NCBI GenBank assembly: GCA_031277335.1
Contig: JAITMM010000184.1
Coordinates: forward strand, 2,541 to 66,540
Origin: Tannerella sp.
Lineage (GTDB): Bacteria > Bacteroidota > Bacteroidia > Bacteroidales > Tannerellaceae
DNA: 64,000 nt
Direction of reading: 5' to 3'
Shown here: piece after piece, positions 56,667 to 64,000 of the stretch
How the letters are laid out: every line of letters starts with the position of its first letter
Numbering within the stretch: the stretch's first letter is position 1
Program-made: the position numbers and the translations under genes
Notes under the pieces: model-generated
Databases searched by the model: none
What the model was told of the DNA's origin: nothing
The model's input: the letters and a program-made list of their open reading frames with translations, nothing else

Positions 56667-59303
56667 TTATTTAAAATCAAGTTTTACAAATACATAAGGA
56701 GTTTGCAAGTTCATATCCGGATATATCTTACCGTTGCCGTTATTGTCCATGACCTCAATAAAATACATCAGATCGAAGCGTGGATTGATGTCCTGCACGG
56801 GAATGGTGGCCTCGAAAATATCAGCGACTGAAGTAGGTACCATACGAAGTGTTTTATATTCAATCATTTGATTAACAGGACGATGCCTTAGTCGCACCCA
56901 TTTGACGCCATTTACTCCGGTCACTTTTGCCCTGATTGTCAAGGCTTTATTGACAGGAGATTTTTCAATCATATCGAGGTCGACTTGAAACAAAACATTA
57001 TTATCCGAACGGGGAGAGGCTTGATATTCAGGCGCTTTTATGGTGTCATTTACCGATGTAAGAGATGCCCTTTGCTTCACAAGTTCTTCCAGTCCTGTTT
57101 CGAGATATGTCAGTTCGTCGCTCCAGTGCCCTCTGATATCGAGCCTTAAACTACTTGACATCGAGCCTTCTACTCCAAAATCAAGTGTTTTTGAATAGAC
57201 ATCTCCTGCTGCATCGACAATCTGACTCCAAGCCTGTATGGCATTCTTTTCGTGTTCGATGGCTCTGTCGAGCGCTGCAACATCTTTTGTTCGTTCGAAA
57301 AGCCTGTAATTGACGGCAGCCGGAATACGGCGCGAATGATATAATGCCAAGTTAGACAATATCTTGAGATCGTTCACTGTCGATTTAAATTCATTGCTTT
57401 GGCTCTTGCCGGCGCCGTTTTCAGCCTTTTGTACAAGTTCATTTATTTGATCCGAAATCTCTTTCAACCGTGCGCTGTTGACGGACGGCAAGAGTTTGGC
57501 AGTTTCACCATGCTCAATTAGCAATTTTGCTTCTTCATCAAAACTTGCAAAGACCTGCACATCAGTGCCTTCTATGGTTGCATAGCGTGAAAGCCGTCCG
57601 AACGGCTGCTTCTCCGCCCATCCTCTTGTTGTCGGGAATGCCTGATAAGGATAGCAGGAGGCCACTATTCGCGGCAGAACCCAACTTGCCTGATGCATAG
57701 CCTGTTGCAAGTAAGTCGCGGCGCGGCCGAAGCGTTTTTCAAACTCGTGATTCCAAATATCGGGCGACTGCCCCAAGTTATAGCCAATTCTTCCGAATAC
57801 CTGATAATAATGCCAGTAACGTTCAAATTCATACTCATAATATTTATATGCCGGATTAAGCAGTTCAAACGGTTCGTCATCATGCGGACGTGTCACCATT
57901 TTCGTTGCCAGCGGTTCCAGAACATCGTAAGAATCACCGTCGTATAATTTCGCGCTCTCAATAAAACGTCTTGCATATTCGGGGCTGCCCCATAGCAGCA
58001 TGCGGGCGGTGCCGCCTGTCCACAGTCTCCAATATACCTTATAATCTTGCGGATAGCGCAACATGTCGGCGTATCCGTGACGGCGCTCCATCTGGTTTTC
58101 CGTATTTATATGTGCAGGATGCCATGGCATTCCCATCTGCTCCATCCAGTATTTTGTCTCGATCTGAAATAGAATCTTTTCGTCCAATGCGGCTTGCACA
58201 ACCGTTTCGGGCATTTCTTTTGCCCGCAACATGTAACGGATATGTGGAGCGGTGGCTTTGAGCGACTTAAAAACATCTTTCCAAAATGCCTCCTGCTCGT
58301 CATTTCGCAGTCCCGATTCGTTATGCATACGAAATTCAATGCCGTCCACTTTCGGGAAATGCTCTACGAAAGCAGCCAATGCATCCTTCGTATATGCAAG
58401 CAGATTGTCGCCGGTGACGCCCCATACAAGATGTTCGGTAGGTTGATTGAGAGCATTCTGCCAGCCTGATGTTCCACCCGCTTGAACGCCACCTCGATAG
58501 ATATGGTCCCATATACCCAATGTGACCTTTATGCCGCGCTGATGAGCCATGTCAATCACCTCGTTAAGCGCTGTAAGATTGCGCTTTTGCTGCTCTTTTG
58601 TAAGGCCTACCATACGCACATCGGGATAGCCCGGCACATCGAAAAAATAAGGATATGGCGGCGCCAGAAAACCGCCGTTTTCATATCCGAAAATGATCAC
58701 AAACGAGTTGAACCGATTTTGAGACAACATGTTGAAATACTTCTCCCAATACTTTCTGTCATAGAGCTTTCTCTCCCACACAACCCTGTGCATTGTATAC
58801 ATCGAAATAGCCCGGACTGCAATATCGGGTTTCTCCACATTTTCGTAGATAAACTCAAACGGGTTCCTTTTCGAACCCCATTCCGTTTTCAACGCAGCTT
58901 CGAGCAGAGCATACATAACGCCCTGATCATCAAATCCCCCCAAAGCAAGCAACGGTTTCCCGTCATACGTTTCTTTCCAGATGCCCAACGCCTCCGCAAC
59001 GCCGGGAATCGCCCGATTGCCTGTGCGGGCTATCTGCGCCAGCACCCCATTCCCCGTCGACAGTCCTGCAACGACAATTTGTCTTCCGGTGGCCGACCCA
59101 AGGTTATCAACTCTTTCTGACAGAATGCCTTTAGCTTTCAGCGCCTCTTCAAACCTGCCAAGTCCGTACTCCACTTTTTGTCCAACCGCAGGATCGACTA
59201 CTATCGAATATTTCTCCGTCTGAGCAACGATGCCAATTGTGAAAAAGGACATCGCAAGCAGCAATACCTTGACGGACAGTTTTTTTGATGATATAATTGT
59301 CAT
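56667..59303 (-). CDS. Secreted 878-aa protein, putative glycoside hydrolase of unrecognised family
   Basis: Signal peptide. The N-terminal alpha/beta domain resembles GH20b/GH67N/GH115-type N-domains (QIVVAGLSTGNG..., LALGGFDDQGVMYALLEAA). A central TIM-barrel-like region follows (FNSFVIIFGYENGG...GIKVTLGIWDHIY), then a C-terminal beta-sandwich. I cannot assign a family. Confidence 0.55.
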   Translation of the reverse strand: MTIISSKKLSVKVLLLAMSFFTIGIVAQTEKYSIVVDPAVGQKVEYGLGRFEEALKAKGILSERVDNLGSATGRQIVVAGLSTGNGVLAQIARTGNRAIPGVAEALGIWKETYDGKPLLALGGFDDQGVMYALLEAALKTEWGSKRNPFEFIYENVEKPDIAVRAISMYTMHRVVWERKLYDRKYWEKYFNMLSQNRFNSFVIIFGYENGGFLAPPYPYFFDVPGYPDVRMVGLTKEQQKRNLTALNEVIDMAHQRGIKVTLGIWDHIYRGGVQAGGTSGWQNALNQPTEHLVWGVTGDNLLAYTKDALAAFVEHFPKVDGIEFRMHNESGLRNDEQEAFWKDVFKSLKATAPHIRYMLRAKEMPETVVQAALDEKILFQIETKYWMEQMGMPWHPAHINTENQMERRHGYADMLRYPQDYKVYWRLWTGGTARMLLWGSPEYARRFIESAKLYDGDSYDVLEPLATKMVTRPHDDEPFELLNPAYKYYEYEFERYWHYYQVFGRIGYNLGQSPDIWNHEFEKRFGRAATYLQQAMHQASWVLPRIVASCYPYQAFPTTRGWAEKQPFGRLSRYATIEGTDVQVFASFDEEAKLLIEHGETAKLLPSVNSARLKEISDQINELVQKAENGAGKSQSNEFKSTVNDLKILSNLALYHSRRIPAAVNYRLFERTKDVAALDRAIEHEKNAIQAWSQIVDAAGDVYSKTLDFGVEGSMSSSLRLDIRGHWSDELTYLETGLEELVKQRASLTSVNDTIKAPEYQASPRSDNNVLFQVDLDMIEKSPVNKALTIRAKVTGVNGVKWVRLRHRPVNQMIEYKTLRMVPTSVADIFEATIPVQDINPRFDLMYFIEVMDNNGNGKIYPDMNLQTPYVFVKLDFK

Positions 59304-59425
59304 ATTATTTATTAACTACGATTAGTTTGTCTAAAAAATTCAGTATGTGGCGTCGGATCGTTGTTTGCATATATTTGTTGATTTATAAAAAGTAGTTTTT
59401 ATTCTGAGGATCAGTATATTAATAT

Positions 59426-61636
59426 TTATTCGATAACAAGCATTTCAAAATCCATAATCCGGTCGACGGTAACTGATATTTTGCCGTCTTGAATTTTCAT
59501 AGGCGCTTTCTTTTTCTGGACGGTCATATAAGCGCTTTTGGGATTTATGCCCTGTGCATCAACTGTTAATGTATAAGGTCCGACAGGGATAAATTCGTCA
59601 AGAAAGCCTGCACGATCTGAACCGGTTAAATTCACCAGATGGATGATCCGACGATTTCCTTGCCCGTAAAGTTTACACTCGATATATCCGGGCCCTTCCA
59701 AAGAAAGCGGCAGTTTGCCACCTGATGCCCATTCCACTGCGTTGGCAAGCAAAATGCCATGGTCGGGCAGGAGCGCCCTGCCATAGCAACGGTCTATGTC
59801 GCCGGCAAAATAGACTGCCCGTCCGCCTCCGGGAAGTGTGCCGGCAAAAATCGGATACGTGTCGGGCTCTTCTTCTCGAATCCAGCTAAATTCTGGTGGA
59901 TAGATGGGGAACGGCGGGATATAGGACAATAGTGGTTTGAGGGTGCTGTTAGAATTAACTATCTGTATGCCACCGCCAAAAGGCAGCATGTCCGTGTTTT
60001 CAAAACCTGCAAGTATTTCGTGACGATTGCTTTTGGGAGGTAAACGCAAATAGTTGTGTGCACCGGCCGCATCCCAACCGGTATCGACAGCGCCGATGGC
60101 GCCTTTTGTCTCGCCTGTCCTGCTCAGTCCCAGCGCTTTCCATAATTTGTCATTGCCTGACGGTTGACCATCTCCGTCCAAAGTAGCAGTGACGCCTGTT
60201 ACTACGATATTTCCGCCTTTGTTTATAAAGTCACATACCATATCTACCTCCTGATCGGACATGATAGCGACGTTTGGCAAGACCAGGGTATTGATACGCG
60301 GGGCATATTTACCTATATCCATCACATTGACAGCTAGAAAGGGTATACGATAACGTGACAGTGCCCGGCTAAATCCGTTCAACGGCAGTGAAACTCTTTC
60401 GCGAGCCTGATTTCGACCGTAAAAATCGGAATTATCCTGACTCCAGATGACAGCCACATTGGCAAGATCGGTACGGTTGTAAAGATACTGTTCATTGTCG
60501 GCATGCCATTGAAAGATGGGTACAGGCGTTTCGAACTGACGACTGTCGTTTTGACTTCCTCCGATATGATGAAACCATGGCGAAATGCCTCCGGCAATCC
60601 CCGAAATCATCCAAAGCCTTGTCTCTTCTTTGGGATTACTACCCAGGCGAAATGTGCGGGCACCTCTTATATAATTAGCCATACTCTCTGCGTTAATGAT
60701 TTGTTCGTCAAAGGCCATGCTCACCATTGTACCATAAATTGAATTTTCTTCAAACCCCAAATCACCTCGACCTTGATGATCACTGAACATCATCTTTGTA
60801 TGCTTCTTCAAATCCTTGAGATCGATGCTTCCCAAAGGAGACATCCCTAACCACAGACAATCATCACCACCAACCTTTTGAGCTACTTCGTTGTACAATA
60901 TCCAGTTTTCCAGTCGGCATTCGTTGCCCCAGCGAACCCATTCGCGATAAACGGGGTCGTCCCACGAAACGGCTTCGGGAAGGTCATGACCGTGTTGGTC
61001 TTTAAATTTTTTCTTGCAATTGTCGCAATAGCATATCTGGTTACGGCCAAGCCCTTTCCAACTATTGTCTGCAAAACCTTTAACATGATAATTTTCAATT
61101 ATTTCAGTTAACACCTGAGGAATGAATACTTTATAATAATCGCTATTGATGCACGTAATATACCTGTCGCTCGTGATAATCGGTTCACCATTTTTCCTGC
61201 GGCAAAACCAATCGGGATGAGCATCAAAAAACTCTTTTGTTGCACGATTAATGTCCATACGGGCTATCACAACAATCCCTTCCTCGCGTGCGGCATCGCT
61301 CACCCGTTTGAAAAAATCCTGATCTCCCAGATATTGAGCACGATACTGCAAGTCAAGTTTGCTGGGATAATAGGCCACGATGCCTCCGCAGTTGATAATC
61401 ACCCCCTGCGTTTTTGTGCGACGCCACTGTTTACGCCAAAATTCGATATCGGCTTTCACCGGGTCATCTTCGGTAAAATTGGTCTGCGCCCAGCGATAAG
61501 TCTTTTTGTACCAGGGCAAATCGGCATCTGACCCTTGAACGGCCACGTCCGACGTCTTCCCTGTCGGCGTGTCGCACGATGACCAGCAACACCATACGAC
61601 CGCAAGGGTCGAGATCAATGTGATGAACTTTTTCAT
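59426..61636 (-). CDS. Secreted GHL6/GH42-like protein (hypothetical glycosyl hydrolase 6 plus a beta-galactosidase-trimerisation-like domain), paralogue B
   Basis: The likely start MKKFITLISTLAVVWCCWSSC is at 61636 (ORF track gives 61702). It has the Cys cluster ICYCDNCKKKF. It is clearly paralogous to 61720..63876 (YRWAQTNF/YRLVQTNL, GGIVAYYPS/GGIVANYPT, GIVVIARMD/GIKVIARFD). Confidence 0.65.
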   Translation of the reverse strand: MKKFITLISTLAVVWCCWSSCDTPTGKTSDVAVQGSDADLPWYKKTYRWAQTNFTEDDPVKADIEFWRKQWRRTKTQGVIINCGGIVAYYPSKLDLQYRAQYLGDQDFFKRVSDAAREEGIVVIARMDINRATKEFFDAHPDWFCRRKNGEPIITSDRYITCINSDYYKVFIPQVLTEIIENYHVKGFADNSWKGLGRNQICYCDNCKKKFKDQHGHDLPEAVSWDDPVYREWVRWGNECRLENWILYNEVAQKVGGDDCLWLGMSPLGSIDLKDLKKHTKMMFSDHQGRGDLGFEENSIYGTMVSMAFDEQIINAESMANYIRGARTFRLGSNPKEETRLWMISGIAGGISPWFHHIGGSQNDSRQFETPVPIFQWHADNEQYLYNRTDLANVAVIWSQDNSDFYGRNQARERVSLPLNGFSRALSRYRIPFLAVNVMDIGKYAPRINTLVLPNVAIMSDQEVDMVCDFINKGGNIVVTGVTATLDGDGQPSGNDKLWKALGLSRTGETKGAIGAVDTGWDAAGAHNYLRLPPKSNRHEILAGFENTDMLPFGGGIQIVNSNSTLKPLLSYIPPFPIYPPEFSWIREEEPDTYPIFAGTLPGGGRAVYFAGDIDRCYGRALLPDHGILLANAVEWASGGKLPLSLEGPGYIECKLYGQGNRRIIHLVNLTGSDRAGFLDEFIPVGPYTLTVDAQGINPKSAYMTVQKKKAPMKIQDGKISVTVDRIMDFEMLVIE

Positions 61637-61719
61637 ATTTGTCATGTCTAAATATATGTTTTGAAAATGCAAAAATAATAAAAAAGTTTTACAAAACTTC
61701 AAAATCCCCGGTTCATACG

Positions 61720-63876
61720 CTATTCATAAAGACATAACGCCATTTCGAAATCATCAAGTTTAGGCACAGTACATTCTATCCGGTCACCTTGTTGTCTGAA
61801 TGAAACGGACTGACTTGAATTAAGCAAATATATCTGTTTCACCGGTCGGGCCGGTTTGAAACGGATGTTGATATCATACATGGGCACGGGAGCAAGGTAA
61901 GAGCCGCCGATCTCTCCGGTGTGATTAATCAGGCCTACCCATTCAAATTGGCCGTTTAAATTGGCTAAATGGCTCATTTCCACAAGGGGGGATGCATTGG
62001 TCCGAATCGTGGGTTCCACTTGCAGCACGTTTCGCAGCGCTGCCATAAAAAGCGTCCGGTGCATGTAATGCCCTTTGGCACGGTATTGTTCGCCAATTCT
62101 CCAGGGTATAAAAACGGATTTTCCTTCACCGTAAGAATTGACGATAATACCCGGAAAATCAGTGATCTGATCTTCGGTGAAATAGCATTTTTCGGGCGGG
62201 CCGAACATAGTCGCAGGTAAAAGACGGAGGTAACCGGCGGCATTTCCGGCCGGCTTGCATTTCAGAAAATCAGAATACATCAGCATGATGCTGAAATCCT
62301 TAAATTCGTTTTGCCCCAGGGCCTGTTTGTCGCTGTCGGAGATTTTCAAATAGGTAGAATTCTCTCGTGTAAACCGCTCGTAGTTAGGGTGTACGCCAAG
62401 TGATTTGAGCCGAATCGTATTTAGCTGTTTGCCCAATTCGTTGCCGGTAGACGTAAAGCCGGTCGTAATGATTTTGCCTCCGGCGCGGACATACGCATCG
62501 ATTGTTTCTATCAGATTTTCATCCATATTGGTCAGTTCAGCCAGAATCAGCGCATCGTATTCTTCCAGTTTGCGCGGCATTCTTTCGGTGCCTATCACTG
62601 CCGGTTCGATGATATCATACATGACATGCTCCTCCGTCAGGAGTTTCATAATTCCCTGATATTCACTTCTTGATCCGCGAATTACAGCTACTTTGCCGAC
62701 GGATTGGACATTGGTGAACAATTTCTCATGTTTCTTATGGAAACCGTAGTAATGATTCAGTTCCGGAATAAAAATGCGGTCTTCATACGTCACCAATGTT
62801 CCGCCGGTGACGACAAACCCCAACGGCGCGCCATGCAGCATATTCTCCAGCATCCATACCCTGGCCAGATTGGGCGACGTCCCGACATGGCGGTAGCCAA
62901 TTGCCTGAAAATAAATCAGTAGATTGCCCGGAGACCTGTCTTTGTAAGAGCCAAGTACGCTCTTGACATTGTCGGTTGCCGAATAATTCCATTCGTTGGG
63001 GCGCGTAAACTCGGAATTGGATTCGCTGGCAATCATGTCCACACCTGCGTCCGTGTAGGTATTGATCATGATCGAGGGGCTGACGGTTTTGATGTGTTTC
63101 CCGATTTTATTGAACAGTTCTTCGGACGTGATGCGCTTGAAATTGTTGTACGCAAGCGTGACCGGATCGTTCGCATCGCCCAACGTTGCCGGAAGGTCGA
63201 AACCTGTCATTTCCTTAAATCTATGCTTGCAGTTATCACATTGACAGATACCGTATTGGTTGCCACTATAGTCCGACGTCGTATATCCTATCATATTGAA
63301 AAATATCCCGTCAAACGGATAGGCCGAAAGCGCTTCCGTCAGTATGTCAAACACATATTCCTGCTGATAACCTCCATTGATGCAGGTATGCACCTGGCCG
63401 TTGTAGTTGACGTTTTTGCCTGCCGCCGAGACATAGAGCCAGTCGGGTTTCCGGGCAGCCAGCGTCTCGTTGATCTTGCTGAAATCGAAGCGGGCAATCA
63501 CCTTTATACCTTTGTCATGCAGGCCTTTGACTAAATCACCCACCAAATCGCCGTCTTTTAGGTAAGGGTTGCGGTAATGAAACGGCAGGTTCGTCGGATA
63601 ATTGGCGACAATGCCTCCCACATTCAGCAACACGATGGTGACGTTGGCATCTACCATCGATTGGACATAGGCTTTCCTGTCCATCATCGCCTCTATTTCA
63701 GGCAGATTGGTCTGTACCAGTCGATAAGGTTGGCGGTTCCACCACGTGTCGTCATAGTTGCCGGGATCGATTGACGAAAGATCGATGGCCTTACCGTCTG
63801 TTCCGGAGTCCGATTGATGACATGAAGTCATGATCAGAGAAAATATGATAATTATATAAATTACAGATTTTTTCAT
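61720..63876 (-). CDS. Secreted GHL6/GH42-like lipoprotein, paralogue A
   Basis: The likely start MKKSVIYIIIIFSLIMTSC (lipobox) is at 63876 (ORF track gives 63942). It has the Cys cluster ICQCDNCKHRF. Confidence 0.65.
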   Translation of the reverse strand: MKKSVIYIIIIFSLIMTSCHQSDSGTDGKAIDLSSIDPGNYDDTWWNRQPYRLVQTNLPEIEAMMDRKAYVQSMVDANVTIVLLNVGGIVANYPTNLPFHYRNPYLKDGDLVGDLVKGLHDKGIKVIARFDFSKINETLAARKPDWLYVSAAGKNVNYNGQVHTCINGGYQQEYVFDILTEALSAYPFDGIFFNMIGYTTSDYSGNQYGICQCDNCKHRFKEMTGFDLPATLGDANDPVTLAYNNFKRITSEELFNKIGKHIKTVSPSIMINTYTDAGVDMIASESNSEFTRPNEWNYSATDNVKSVLGSYKDRSPGNLLIYFQAIGYRHVGTSPNLARVWMLENMLHGAPLGFVVTGGTLVTYEDRIFIPELNHYYGFHKKHEKLFTNVQSVGKVAVIRGSRSEYQGIMKLLTEEHVMYDIIEPAVIGTERMPRKLEEYDALILAELTNMDENLIETIDAYVRAGGKIITTGFTSTGNELGKQLNTIRLKSLGVHPNYERFTRENSTYLKISDSDKQALGQNEFKDFSIMLMYSDFLKCKPAGNAAGYLRLLPATMFGPPEKCYFTEDQITDFPGIIVNSYGEGKSVFIPWRIGEQYRAKGHYMHRTLFMAALRNVLQVEPTIRTNASPLVEMSHLANLNGQFEWVGLINHTGEIGGSYLAPVPMYDINIRFKPARPVKQIYLLNSSQSVSFRQQGDRIECTVPKLDDFEMALCLYE

Positions 63877-64000
63877 TGTTAAATTAGTGCTGAATGTTTG
63901 GATTTTTAATAGAATTAATTGTATAAACATCGAAGTGTTCAATCCCCAAGTCTGAGATTGGATATCTTCTCGTAATACTTGACTATACTGCTATGATCTT

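Overview
This 64-kb chromosomal segment looks like Bacteroidota, probably Bacteroidales. Three things support that: a SusC/SusD pair controlled by an ECF sigma factor and a FecR anti-sigma factor; TAnnTTTG -7 boxes in most intergenic spacers; and many LxxC lipoprotein signals and twin-arginine signals. I call about 50 protein genes at high coding density. I recognised no rRNA, tRNA, CRISPR array, transposase or integrase.

Gene content by region:
- 1-18 kb, mostly housekeeping: WbpB/WbpE-like sugar-nucleotide enzymes, metG, a three-gene biotin-dependent acyl-CoA carboxylase, an MsbA-like ABC exporter, rny, zapA, a sigma-70 family factor, rpe and comEC. A pair of Tat-exported enzymes (Gfo/Idh/MocA oxidoreductase plus xylose-isomerase-like TIM barrel) is inserted among them.
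- 18.6-22.1 kb: a stand-alone cassette of a B12-radical-SAM enzyme, a DarA-like protein and a DarB-like KAS III.
- 22-33.5 kb: a CoA-disulfide-reductase/rhodanese fusion, acyl-CoA dehydrogenase with etfBA, and a gap-free operon. That operon contains an apparent in-frame fusion of a LolE/FtsX-type permease to a ZnuA-type zinc-binding lipoprotein.
- 33.6-50 kb: a GH9 enzyme plus an atypical polysaccharide-utilisation-like locus. It has sigma/anti-sigma, SusC with an STN domain, SusD, two small lipoproteins and a TolB-like propeller, but no recognisable glycoside hydrolase. An operon of TIM-barrel enzymes, an MFS transporter and a PQQ-like propeller sits next to it.
- 50-64 kb: a YdiJ-like FAD/Fe-S hydroxyacid dehydrogenase, a 2-hydroxyacid dehydrogenase, another TIM-barrel enzyme, a lactate-permease-family transporter, an 878-aa uncharacterised secreted enzyme and two tandem GHL6/GH42-like paralogues.

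Non-coding structure worth attention:
- a 14-unit octanucleotide tandem array that fills one intergenic spacer
- two copies of a GC-rich palindromic element, both lying inside coding sequence
- two hairpins that share GTAGAGACG arms
- a small transcription unit delimited by a promoter box and a terminator

All functional calls come from reading the translated ORFs and motifs by eye. No database search was run.
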